Source: a virus
Direction: 5' to 3' (one strand)
IMG/VR virus record: IMGVR_UViG_3300045988_179251
Span: 1 to 42,146 of that record
DNA: 42,146 nucleotides
The stretch's first letter is position 1. Every line of letters starts with the position of its first letter. This document shows positions 22,853 through 31,689 of the stretch, one piece after another. A program made the position numbers and the translations under genes. The notes below the pieces were generated by a model. The model was not told where the DNA came from. It made no database searches and worked only from the letters and a program-made list of their open reading frames with translations.

Positions 22853-23905
22853 TCACTTCCCTTTTTTCCGCAAGCCGCGCCGCGACTTGTTCACGTTAAC
22901 GATACTTTTCGTAGTGTCTGTGCGTACACCGTCTACTTCGAGCCACAACGTGCCCGGCATCACAGGTTTGCCGCGGCCTTTTTTCAGAGCCCACGGCGCG
23001 CCAGGTTCGCTCGGGAAAGGCAAATGCTTATAGCACCATATTGCGCAATCCTGCGTAGAATCAAAACGAAAGTCCTCCTTCGACACATACCTCCTCATGT
23101 CGTAAATGCGTCGCATGAGTTTCGGGATGAGCCATTCGGGCACTTCTCTGTACATGCGGATTGACGGGCTGCTGCACAAGCAGGCCACGGTCCTACCGCC
23201 ACTGAAATGCGAAACGCGAAGCCATTTGTCTTCCTCGCAATTCACGCAACGCATGTGGAAATGCTTATGACCATCTCTCATAATCTTCCATTCGGGGGAC
23301 ACTACTTCCCATTGCTGGAAGCGTCGCCCCTCCATTTCTGGCTGCACGCCAATCGTCGTCTTATAGGTTTTGGTGGGGTGAAGAATAAGACGATTGCGAT
23401 TTTCCCGTCTGTTCTCGGCGCGCGCTACCGAAATCTCACCGGGGCGGAATACGCCGTTCTCGGTGGCGAATTCCCAATCAAACACAACCGATGAGTTGAA
23501 TTCTTTGTAGCACCATTCGATAGCCGACGTCATGCCGTCGAACTCGAAATTATCTACACCATTCCGCTCCCGCCATTTCCAAATCTTAAGACGAATGTCA
23601 TTGTAGGAGCGATACGGCATAAGCGTGCCATTCACCTTACAGTACTGATGCGAGTACGGCGCATCCGGGGGACGATTCAGTACTATGTCGAGATTGCAGG
23701 GGGCGATCGGTTTAGTAATGTCAGGGCGTGTGAACCTCCACTTATTGTCCTCGGGGACTTCCAGATACTTGAAACACCATTCAATGGCGGCGTCAATCGA
23801 TGGGAATTGGAAATTCTCGCTACTGGTCCGGTAGCTGAGCTGGGTGAGTCTATTGGCGACTATCCTGTATTGTTCGTATGATGGCTGCGTCATTTGTGTT
23901 TTCAT
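22853..23905 (-). CDS. Hypothetical protein with three copies of an F.F...AI.WC.K motif and a central Cys/His cluster
   Basis: 350 aa. The repeats are ENFQFPSIDAAIEWCFKYL, DNFEFDGMTSAIEWCYKEF and EDFRFDSTQDCAIWCYKHL. The Cys/His cluster is HKHFHMRCVNCEE...ACLC. Confidence 0.65.
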   Translation of the reverse strand: MKTQMTQPSYEQYRIVANRLTQLSYRTSSENFQFPSIDAAIEWCFKYLEVPEDNKWRFTRPDITKPIAPCNLDIVLNRPPDAPYSHQYCKVNGTLMPYRSYNDIRLKIWKWRERNGVDNFEFDGMTSAIEWCYKEFNSSVVFDWEFATENGVFRPGEISVARAENRRENRNRLILHPTKTYKTTIGVQPEMEGRRFQQWEVVSPEWKIMRDGHKHFHMRCVNCEEDKWLRVSHFSGGRTVACLCSSPSIRMYREVPEWLIPKLMRRIYDMRRYVSKEDFRFDSTQDCAIWCYKHLPFPSEPGAPWALKKGRGKPVMPGTLWLEVDGVRTDTTKSIVNVNKSRRGLRKKGK

Positions 23906-23923
23906 CTTTCTTCTCCTATTGGT

Positions 23924-23963
23924 TGAATAGCGGGGACAACGCGATTGTTGCCCCCGCTATTCA
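23924..23963 (-). promoter_or_regulatory. 17-bp intercistronic hairpin (fully paired only as minus-strand RNA)
   Basis: TGAATAGCGGGGACAAC pairs with GTTGCCCCCGCTATTCA. The single A-C mismatch on + becomes a G-U pair on the transcribed - strand. Confidence 0.6.
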
Positions 23964-23982
23964 AATCATGCGACCGGGTATG

Positions 23983-24573
23983 TCAGAAAACTACCGGCGA
24001 TGCAGTCATAGTATTCCTATTGGTCTCGAAATCAATGGAAGAAATCTCTGCCCTGGGAGGCCAAAAGGCGGGCTTCGGGGCGCCGTCCTCGCCGAGGATT
24101 GTGACACCGTTCTCGTCCTGCTCGTATACGGGGCGACCGTAATCGTCAAGACGAGGCCTGGGCTTGCTCATTCGTGTCACCAATGTTGCGTGAGCGCCCT
24201 CCAAATTCTCGCACACGCGCTTCACGGTCGCGTCGATCTTCTGTGGTGAGAGAAGATCGGCCCGCTCCCTTGCGTCGGCCGGCCACAGACTAGCGGCACT
24301 GAAATACTTCGGAATGTTGAAGTGAATGAAAGTCTTCCCATTCTTGTTAATGGTGAAGACGGTGCGGTCGGTGAGCGCCTTTCCGGCGTCCTCGTCGTCT
24401 CCGTCGATCATCCAATCGGTGACAAGCATTGGCCGCCCACTCTTGGACGTGGTCATTTCGGCCTTAGTGATGAACGCAGAGTGCTTTCCAGGCTTGGGCG
24501 GCTCGAAATTGCCGCCGCCGGTAGCGACTTCCAGGGATGAGAGGTCGGTGCCGAAGTTGAAGCCAGTTGCCAT
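23983..24573 (-). CDS. DUF669-like protein (SSB-like partner of Sak4-type recombinases)
   Basis: The N-terminus F..GTDLSSLEV...FEPPKPGKHSAFITKAEMTTSKSGRPML fits the DUF669 pattern. It lies next to an AAA_24 ATPase gene. Confidence 0.6.
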   Translation of the reverse strand: MATGFNFGTDLSSLEVATGGGNFEPPKPGKHSAFITKAEMTTSKSGRPMLVTDWMIDGDDEDAGKALTDRTVFTINKNGKTFIHFNIPKYFSAASLWPADARERADLLSPQKIDATVKRVCENLEGAHATLVTRMSKPRPRLDDYGRPVYEQDENGVTILGEDGAPKPAFWPPRAEISSIDFETNRNTMTASPVVF

Positions 24574-24621
24574 AATTATTGTGCTCCTGTGAATCGAGGG
24601 GTGAAAAGAATTGCGGTGGGG

Positions 24622-24735
24622 TCAGTTCTCGCTGTCGGCGGGCTTGCTGCGGAGCGCCTCACGAATTGCGTCGGCGGCGATAGCGAGAGTCTCGGTGGAG
24701 ACGCCACGGTCAGCGGTAACAGTGATCTTAGCCAT
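24622..24735 (-). CDS. 37-aa micro-ORF (MAKITVTADRGVSTETLAIAADAIREALRSKPADSEN)
   Basis: Not in the ORF track because it is under 60 aa. It fills the gap between two genes and is preceded by AGGAAGAGAGAAAACTATT-ATG, the same start context as neighbouring genes. Confidence 0.4.
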   Translation of the reverse strand: MAKITVTADRGVSTETLAIAADAIREALRSKPADSEN

Positions 24736-24763
24736 AATAGTTTTCTCTCTTCCTATGTTTTGG

Positions 24764-25516
24764 TTAGTGGCTAGTGATGTAATTGTGAATCTTGGTCATG
24801 CTCGGATTCCCCATTGCTGGCGGGAACCCGCGCGTCTGTTGCTTTGTTACAACGTTCGGTTTGCGAGTGTACAGTACTGGCACAGTGATTTCTTCCCCGT
24901 CACCATTGTCCACGTTCGCCCATTCCATGTAGCCGACGAAATTGAACAGGGCGGGGATGCGCTGCCCGGATTTCTGCCCCTCGAAAGACGGGGCGATGAA
25001 AACCTCTCCAGTGACCTCGCTGCTCTCGCGTGCGGAGTGTGTGATAGCAATGAATGAAATGTCGGGGGCGTCCAGGAACACACTGATCGCCTTCAACAGG
25101 GAATCGTATACCGCCCGCCATTTCGTCCAAGTATCATTCGACACGGCCTCATAATGGGTCAGGATGAGCTCCTGACACTTATCCAACGTATCGAACACGA
25201 CAGTCTTGTAGGGGAACCCCGCAAGATTACGCGCAATATTGTCACAAAGATTGGCGCAATCAACCCACTTGTCACAATGCACGACAGTAATGTTCTGCAG
25301 GTTCCCCCAATCCCGCACTGGGAGCGTGCCGGATTCGAAATCAACGTACAGGACGGGCGACATGTCGTCCACCTGTGACGCCGTGGCTGCGAGCGATGTT
25401 TTGCCCACACCGCTCACACCATGAATGAGCATATTGAAGTGATTATTCTGTTCCGGGTTCACGACTGTCATTCCGAGACGGGCAAGAGTGTCCTCAAAAG
25501 TCATGATATGTTTCAC
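24764..25516 (-). CDS. AAA_24 / Sak4-like RecA-superfamily ATPase
   Basis: Walker A is HGVSGVGKTS and Walker B is TVVFDTLD. Size is 250 aa. The context is a recombination module. Confidence 0.75.
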   Translation of the reverse strand: MKHIMTFEDTLARLGMTVVNPEQNNHFNMLIHGVSGVGKTSLAATASQVDDMSPVLYVDFESGTLPVRDWGNLQNITVVHCDKWVDCANLCDNIARNLAGFPYKTVVFDTLDKCQELILTHYEAVSNDTWTKWRAVYDSLLKAISVFLDAPDISFIAITHSARESSEVTGEVFIAPSFEGQKSGQRIPALFNFVGYMEWANVDNGDGEEITVPVLYTRKPNVVTKQQTRGFPPAMGNPSMTKIHNYITSH

Positions 25517-25519
25517 CTC

Positions 25520-26314
25520 CTAACCGTTGATAGTGTAGTTTTTGAATACTTCTGTGTGACGCTCGTGCGAGCAGTACCAGCATAGAGGGGACGATTGGAG
25601 ACCGTCAACACTGCTGTCATGTAACCTTGCTCTCTCCCAAATGTTCCGGAGTCTCTCCAGGGCCGCGAGCGCAACGTCCCGCCGCCACGGGAAAGAGAAC
25701 TCACAAATACTATCCGGCACGACCTCTACACTGCAGTCCCTTGGGAGAGTGACAATAGAACAGTGGGCCACCTCGTGTCCGAGTTGTGTGAGGCCGTACC
25801 CGTAGAGCATGATTTGAATGTAGTATTTACGAAATTGACCCCCTGCCGCCGTGTCGGCGAATCGTGGTAGACCGTTGTCCCATTTAATGCTCTTCCGGAA
25901 TGCGGAAATCTTTTTCCGCGAGAGCAGCTTCCAGTCTAGGACCGTCGCCGCCGCAATATCGAAGCGATCCACACTCCCAGAAATACGCCCATAGTCTTCA
26001 AGATCGCATACCTCTACTCTCTGCTCCACTAGAACATTCGGTTTGTTTCTTGTACGTGATTCCGCGAAAGCATGAAATGCGGTGCCCAGGAAAGGCGCCA
26101 GTGGCGTGCCCGTATTTTCCGTATTGTGCGGAATTCCGAGGAGTTTGTCGGCAATGCATCGTTCGCAATCGTCTCCGATCTCGCTTACGCCGATGCGCGT
26201 TTGCTTATCGCGCTCGGTTGGGGCGAAAACATTACTGACCGCTGTTGCGGCGGCCGGGCTCAAATTCAAACTTCTCCCCTTCCTGAATCGCGGCGATAGC
26301 GGCGAGTCTAACAT
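25520..26314 (-). CDS. PD-(D/E)XK nuclease, Cas4/RecB-like exonuclease (start uncertain)
   Basis: Motifs are SVDRFD...VLDWKL and YYIQIMLY, with cysteines CERC near the N-terminus and CWYC near the C-terminus. Possible starts are ATG 26314, TTG 26269 (after AGGAAGGGGAGA) or ATG 26392. Confidence 0.65.
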   Translation of the reverse strand: MLDSPLSPRFRKGRSLNLSPAAATAVSNVFAPTERDKQTRIGVSEIGDDCERCIADKLLGIPHNTENTGTPLAPFLGTAFHAFAESRTRNKPNVLVEQRVEVCDLEDYGRISGSVDRFDIAAATVLDWKLLSRKKISAFRKSIKWDNGLPRFADTAAGGQFRKYYIQIMLYGYGLTQLGHEVAHCSIVTLPRDCSVEVVPDSICEFSFPWRRDVALAALERLRNIWERARLHDSSVDGLQSSPLCWYCSHERHTEVFKNYTING

Positions 26315-26498
26315 CACGGTGAACCTCGATATCTCCGCTCGCAATGTCTTCAATGAAGAATAGTCTCGCGTCGCCGGCCGACATGATTTCATAGACCGTG
26401 CCGCCGAGCTCTTCTGCTCGCATTGCGGCTCGCTCGAGATTCGAGTAGACCCGGTAGTCGCCTTTCTGCGACGACTCCCAAACTAAGTAGACGCCCAT
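26232..26498 (-). CDS. Hypothetical protein
   Basis: 88-aa ORF preceded by TTAGGAAGAGAGAG. Confidence 0.55.
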   Translation of the reverse strand: MGVYLVWESSQKGDYRVYSNLERAAMRAEELGGTVYEIMSAGDARLFFIEDIASGDIEVHRDVRLAAIAAIQEGEKFEFEPGRRNSGQ

Positions 26499-26541
26499 TA
26501 GTGTTTTTACTCTCTCTTCCTAAATGTTGATTGATAGTGTG

Positions 26542-26760
26542 TTATTCGATAATAGTTGCTGTGAGGCCAGCCCGCTCCTCGATTGCCGTGGAAATGACTG
26601 CCGCATAGCATTGGATCCGCCAGATATTCTCCGATCGAATGCTGGGCACGTGCAGTTGCATTGTCTTGACGCCAAATTTCGTGGGCCATTTCAGGATGAT
26701 GGTGTGGCCGGCGATATCGTCAATCGTGGTGCCCTGCGTGATGCGCATAATATTTTTCAC
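26542..26760 (-). CDS. Hypothetical protein
   Basis: 72-aa ORF with an ATGA-type overlap to the upstream ORF. Confidence 0.5.
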   Translation of the reverse strand: MKNIMRITQGTTIDDIAGHTIILKWPTKFGVKTMQLHVPSIRSENIWRIQCYAAVISTAIEERAGLTATIIE

Positions 26761-27050
26761 TCCCCCGTCGCAATGAGCTCATAAATGTCGAGATTGTTAT
26801 TGGTGGCCATGCCGCGCACAATATTAATGTTGTCCGCCGTAACATGAATGACGTTAATGTCTGAGTGTCCATCGTCCACTGGGGCGACGATCAGGAAATT
26901 CCTGCCGGCCAATTCGCTGTCGTCGGATACGAGAATGTTCCGAATGGTGCCTGTCATGCGGCGTCGCACTAGATGAATGTTAGAGCTGATGAGTGTTTCT
27001 GTCTTCATGGCATCTACCGTACGTGCGTGGTGGTGGCGTACGCAACCCAT
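26757..27050 (-). CDS. Hypothetical protein (alternative start at 27008)
   Basis: 97-aa ORF downstream of the helicase gene. No motif recognised. Confidence 0.5.
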   Translation of the reverse strand: MGCVRHHHARTVDAMKTETLISSNIHLVRRRMTGTIRNILVSDDSELAGRNFLIVAPVDDGHSDINVIHVTADNINIVRGMATNNNLDIYELIATGE

Positions 27051-27073
27051 GCGGGCATGACGTCCATCACACC

Positions 27074-28468
27074 TTATATGAGGCCGCTCTCACGCAGACG
27101 CTCATACCCCGCCTCCAGCCTGGGCTCCACAGCCGTCACGTCAACAGTGCCCTCGCACTGCAAAAGAAAACGATTCACTCTCTTTGTTTGCCCCTTGCGA
27201 TTCAAGCGGGCAGACGCCTGCAAATTCAAAATCACACTATTATCCTCACTCAACCAAACCTCAGTATTGCAAACATTCTGCAGACCGTCAATCCCTTCGG
27301 CGGCAGCCGCAATAACGGAGCAGAGAATCCGCGGCCCATCGGGCTCCAAAAATCGTCGCCACTCACCCCGGTAAGCACTGGACAACTCGACGCTCTGATA
27401 GCCGGCATCAGCCAATCGTTTCCGCAACGGCGTCATGAATTTACGCGAATGGCACCACAGAATAACTTTCTCGTCTGGCGGTAGATCGGACAGAATATCG
27501 AGGGTGGCGTCAATCTTCGAGGATCCCCACTCCTCGAACTCCACATTATCGACCACGATCCTCAAGGGTCCGAGAGTGATCTGCCTGAGCCTTCCGTCGA
27601 GAACGGCGGCGGACGATGCCACGCTGGCCCCACCATCCATAACCGCCAAACGATGATCCACAAACTCCCGATACATCCTCTTCTGTTCACGACGCATCCC
27701 ACAAACGACACGTTGAACATTTACGGGAGGTAGATCACCGAAAACCTCACTCCCACGCATCGCAGACCAAATATCACCCACGGAATCACGGAGAGCGCCA
27801 GGATCCTTCTCGCCACCATAAATCCTGGCATACCGAGACGCTGCAAAAGGATTAAACTGAGAAACAAAAAACTCATCCGCAAACCGGTAGAAACTACGAT
27901 CAACACTCCCCGGGTTCAGAAACTTGAGTACCCCGTAAATATTGACGGGTTTATTGCCGGCAGGCGTGCCCGACAAACCAAGACGATACTTCGACTTCAA
28001 CGCCTTCACGGCCCGGAAAGACTGGGTTCTATGATTCGCGATACGATGAACCTCATCCACGACCACCATATCGAACAATTTCTTCGAGAAAGAAACGAAC
28101 GGCCACTTATCCGCTTCTACCGCCTTTCCCAGGGAAACGAGCAGCTCGAAATTAATAACCCACCAACCGCCCTCGCCGGCCAGCATGCCCTCAATGTTGC
28201 CGCGACCGGCCTTGGTAGTGCGAGACAGCACTTTCGCTTCCTGACCGGTGATGGTCTTAATACTGGCCTGCCATGACGGTATGACACGCTTCGGGCACAC
28301 AATGATGACTCGCCTGTCGGCGTCGAGTTTCTGTGCGACCCAGATTGCGCCGTATGTTTTGCCGCAGCCGGGCTCCCAAGCAAGCAATGCGCCACCGCCA
28401 TCTCGAATCGCGGTGACGGTACGGTTGATTTCTCTTTCCTGCGCCCCTGTGGGCTTAATGTTAATCAT
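27074..28468 (-). CDS. SNF2-family (DEAD/H-like) helicase
   Basis: Motif I is EPGCGKT, motif II is VVVDEVHRI, motif III is LSGTP and motif VI is LQASARLNRKGQ. 464 aa. Confidence 0.85.
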   Translation of the reverse strand: MINIKPTGAQEREINRTVTAIRDGGGALLAWEPGCGKTYGAIWVAQKLDADRRVIIVCPKRVIPSWQASIKTITGQEAKVLSRTTKAGRGNIEGMLAGEGGWWVINFELLVSLGKAVEADKWPFVSFSKKLFDMVVVDEVHRIANHRTQSFRAVKALKSKYRLGLSGTPAGNKPVNIYGVLKFLNPGSVDRSFYRFADEFFVSQFNPFAASRYARIYGGEKDPGALRDSVGDIWSAMRGSEVFGDLPPVNVQRVVCGMRREQKRMYREFVDHRLAVMDGGASVASSAAVLDGRLRQITLGPLRIVVDNVEFEEWGSSKIDATLDILSDLPPDEKVILWCHSRKFMTPLRKRLADAGYQSVELSSAYRGEWRRFLEPDGPRILCSVIAAAAEGIDGLQNVCNTEVWLSEDNSVILNLQASARLNRKGQTKRVNRFLLQCEGTVDVTAVEPRLEAGYERLRESGLI

Positions 28469-28553
28469 TGAAATTCGTCCAAACGATCACTAGTAGGCAA
28501 ATGGCGAGCAAGAACACTAGTAGTGTCACTTGTTTTCTCCTCTTTTCCGTATG

Positions 28554-28591
28554 ACGAACCCCGCCCCACAGGGTAATGGGACGGGGTTCGT
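28554..28591 (-). promoter_or_regulatory. 15-bp intercistronic hairpin (G-U pair only on the minus-strand RNA)
   Basis: ACGAACCCCGCCCCA pairs with TGGGACGGGGTTCGT. The C-A mismatch on + is a G-U pair on -. Downstream direct repeats CACTAGTAG lie at 28488-28496 and 28515-28523. Confidence 0.6.
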
Positions 28592-28600
28592 TCTGTCGGG

Positions 28601-28813
28601 TCAGTGGGTGATGGCGTGACGCTGCACAGCGTCCCAGTAGGCGTCCTCGTCAACGTCCACCACATAGTAGGGAGTGCCAGTAGCGGAGAAATACTGTCCG
28701 ATCACGTCATCGGCGATGTCAGCAACATCGTAGTCATCCACATTGTCCAGGGTAGGAATGATGTCGAACTCGACGACGTCGTTCCGAGTGCTGCGACGAG
28801 TGGTGATGTTCAT
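28601..28813 (-). CDS. Small highly acidic hypothetical protein
   Basis: The ATG at 28813 is preceded by GAGAAGAGAGAGAATC. The protein is 70 aa and rich in Asp (DNVDDYDVADIADDV...VVDVDEDAY). Confidence 0.5.
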   Translation of the reverse strand: MNITTRRSTRNDVVEFDIIPTLDNVDDYDVADIADDVIGQYFSATGTPYYVVDVDEDAYWDAVQRHAITH

Positions 28814-28914
28814 GATTCTCTCTCTTCTCTCCGTACTGTCACCGTCTCTCGGTGACGACCCTAGTATAGGCAGGCCATACACACCATCGTCAACCCGACG
28901 GGAGGTGACTCCGC

Positions 28915-29814
28915 TCACATCTCGAGGTGGAGGAGAGACAACGCCTCACCCACAGCCGCACTCACATCACCACCACACTCCAGCACCCTCATGCAATCGA
29001 ACGCCGTGTGCGCCCGGCCGTCCGCGAGTGGATCATCCGCATGATGTGAGAAGACCAGACCACTACTCAACAGTGTCACGCCTGGGGCCGTGTCGCCGCC
29101 ACGCGCATACCGCCACCGCCTCCCCACAGGCTCGTAAGGCCAACCGAACAAACCGACAAGATCATTAAAACTATACTTTGAATTGAACTCCCCGATCACC
29201 CCGCCATAGCCGCCATCGGGCACAGAAGACAAAGAAACATCATCATTCTTCTCCTCGTACCCGATATTCTCCAACCACTTATCAACATTCAAACGGGCAC
29301 CATCAATGAGCCAATGACGCACCCTCAAACCAAGACGATGCGACGGCAGGAAAAAAGCTCGGGACGCCTCCGCACACGACCCATCCCACTGGGCCACAGG
29401 CCCCAGCACACTGAAGCACGTCCGGGCGATCGCCTCACACTCTCCTACGGTCATGTTGCGAGTGCACGGCAGAACAACACGGAAGCGCGGGGACGGGAAA
29501 GACGACGACGCCGTCTCCCACACAATACCGGCAAGATTCGCAGCCCGCATACGGTCCCCGACGAAATCTTTCCGCGACCCATGATCCGCATCCAAAACGA
29601 TAGCGGACCGGGACACAAAATTTCTTTTCTGCCGCCTACCCCCCGAAAGAATGCCAGCGAAAAAAGCGGGAGCGTCATTCTTCTCACACCTTGAGGGCGC
29701 CTCACACAAGGCAGCAAAATCGTTAAGGTTTACGCTAGTGGCACGCCACCCTGTGATGGAGCGAACACTGCCCGCTACCATCACAGGGAAACGCACCCCG
29801 AAAACATCACTCAC
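28915..29814 (-). CDS. Primase-polymerase (AEP superfamily prim-pol)
   Basis: IVLDADHG supplies the DxD motif. The C-terminal GLVFSHHADDPL...AHTAFDCMRVLECGGDVSAAVGEAL resembles phage prim-pol C-terminal helical bundles (recollection). Confidence 0.65.
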   Translation of the reverse strand: MSDVFGVRFPVMVAGSVRSITGWRATSVNLNDFAALCEAPSRCEKNDAPAFFAGILSGGRRQKRNFVSRSAIVLDADHGSRKDFVGDRMRAANLAGIVWETASSSFPSPRFRVVLPCTRNMTVGECEAIARTCFSVLGPVAQWDGSCAEASRAFFLPSHRLGLRVRHWLIDGARLNVDKWLENIGYEEKNDDVSLSSVPDGGYGGVIGEFNSKYSFNDLVGLFGWPYEPVGRRWRYARGGDTAPGVTLLSSGLVFSHHADDPLADGRAHTAFDCMRVLECGGDVSAAVGEALSLLHLEM

Positions 29815-31378
29815 TGCACGATGGTTCCGCTATCTGATCCCGCAGAATCGCCTCCACGAGATCATTATCCACAATCGCACCTTCCGTCCGGAATTTCACG
29901 CCCCGACGAAGAATATACTGCCGATACTCCTCCACGCTCCGCGGAGACAAATTCTTCGCCTCCAAAACCTGATACAAACGAGTCTCAGTCGGCGGATTAC
30001 TACTGAAATCGTCCACCATACGCGTCAAGTCCGGGACGAAAACATAGTCGATCATTTTCAGCGCGTCGGGCAGCCAGAAATCGACGGCCAGACTGAAAGC
30101 TTTCCGAACCGCAGACGATGACACGCTCATCTGCTGCTCGAAGAGAGACAGAATAGCGGCCACGCGCATAATATGATTCCCCATGCGATCAATGACCGCT
30201 TGTACCGCCCGCTGGAAAGGCGACTCACGGGCCGCCTCCCCGGCCCAGGCCCGCACCGTTTCTACCCAAACATTCCGGGCCGACTCGGTCACGGTCATAG
30301 TCATTGGCGTGTTGACAGGCCAAAACTCGGTGGCACACGTGACCGTGCCACGGAATTCATGCTGCATCATACCCAACATTGTCGAAATGCGCTCGGAAGC
30401 ATGCTCAACAAAACCATCCCCACCATGCGCGCTCAAGTCATTGTTGGTGACCCATCCGAAAGACGACGGATCGGACCGACGGTCCTCCTCATCCAAGGCG
30501 AAAAGAATGCGCGGGCCCCACCCAGTCTCAAACAAAGACTGAGACATGCTATCGACTACGTCGCCGAGAATACCGGTGCCGCAAAAAGCAAGAGAATGAG
30601 GAACCCTCTCACTGTCCGCACGCTTCACACCATCGTCACCGACGCGCACAGACTCGACCGTTTTGCCCGAGTAGACGTCGGTCAGGAATCCGATGAGACC
30701 ACTACGATAACCCTCCCCCTGTGACGCGGAATACATGTTCTGCAATTCGTCTACAAACATAATAGACGCACCGCCAGGACGCTGCGCCATCCGCAAATTC
30801 AGACCTTCAGCCGTAACATTAGACCCGAACAAAACATTCGCCATAAGAGACCGCTCACACGGGCTATTACCAATAGTATTCAACAAATCCTTACGATCAG
30901 CCTCAAACTCGGTGATGCGATTATTGATATCGTCCCGCTCCGTGCGATATTCCTCAATATCAATACGCCCACTCCGCCTTTCCAGAGATTCCAGGCGACG
31001 GTACAGCATGCGGAGTGCTAAATCACACTCCCGCACAGCCGCCAAAGACGCCGACGAATCCCACCTGAACGCGCCCACACAGTCGTCGAAAAAACTACGC
31101 ACCAAAGACTGAGCCGTCGTCTTCCTCGACAAGGTGGACGCACCCAGGCAGTGCGAGTACAAGGTCAACGGCACCATGTTCTGCGCGTTCGCAGACAAAT
31201 GAGTCCTCGCAGACAGCGGCGCGGACACCATCGTCAAGAAAGTCGTCCACAGGAAACGAGGAGGCGTCTCCGGTGACCTGGACTGCAAATAGCCGACAAT
31301 CCTGTCAGCGAACCAATCATAGTGCGCTTTCCCCGTCGGTGGCAGAAACTCGTAATCCGTAATCCTCTCAACGCTCAA
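29807..31378 (-). CDS. DUF3987-like replicative helicase-associated protein
   Basis: 523 aa. It has a P-loop-like LGASTLSRKT and FVDELQNM. It is adjacent to and overlaps the prim-pol gene, which is the usual pairing. Confidence 0.6.
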   Translation of the reverse strand: MSVERITDYEFLPPTGKAHYDWFADRIVGYLQSRSPETPPRFLWTTFLTMVSAPLSARTHLSANAQNMVPLTLYSHCLGASTLSRKTTAQSLVRSFFDDCVGAFRWDSSASLAAVRECDLALRMLYRRLESLERRSGRIDIEEYRTERDDINNRITEFEADRKDLLNTIGNSPCERSLMANVLFGSNVTAEGLNLRMAQRPGGASIMFVDELQNMYSASQGEGYRSGLIGFLTDVYSGKTVESVRVGDDGVKRADSERVPHSLAFCGTGILGDVVDSMSQSLFETGWGPRILFALDEEDRRSDPSSFGWVTNNDLSAHGGDGFVEHASERISTMLGMMQHEFRGTVTCATEFWPVNTPMTMTVTESARNVWVETVRAWAGEAARESPFQRAVQAVIDRMGNHIMRVAAILSLFEQQMSVSSSAVRKAFSLAVDFWLPDALKMIDYVFVPDLTRMVDDFSSNPPTETRLYQVLEAKNLSPRSVEEYRQYILRRGVKFRTEGAIVDNDLVEAILRDQIAEPSCSE

Positions 31379-31689
31379 TTATTCTCCGCCTCCACGTCAA
31401 CAAGAAAACTACTGAAAGCGTCAATAATCTCATCGCCGTTGAAAGTATAGCCGACGTCGAATATAGGGCCCCAATAACGGTTCGCCTGCTCGAAAATCGT
31501 CGCCTTGTAGCCGCGCGCAGTATCCGCCTCGAAAATAAACCTATGCCCGGGCGATGCGACAACAATGTGGATGCTGTTGTTCCAGGCGCTTACTTCCAGG
31601 CCGAGCGAATCATTCCCGCCCTTGCTGGCGTAATTCTTGCACGCCTCGGTGACATGCTTCAGGAATTCCCAGTCGAATAGCTTGATCAT
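31375..31689 (-). CDS. Hypothetical early protein
   Basis: The ATG at 31689 forms an ATGA overlap with the upstream stop. The longer track ORF is low-complexity upstream of this point. Confidence 0.55.
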   Translation of the reverse strand: MIKLFDWEFLKHVTEACKNYASKGGNDSLGLEVSAWNNSIHIVVASPGHRFIFEADTARGYKATIFEQANRYWGPIFDVGYTFNGDEIIDAFSSFLVDVEAENN

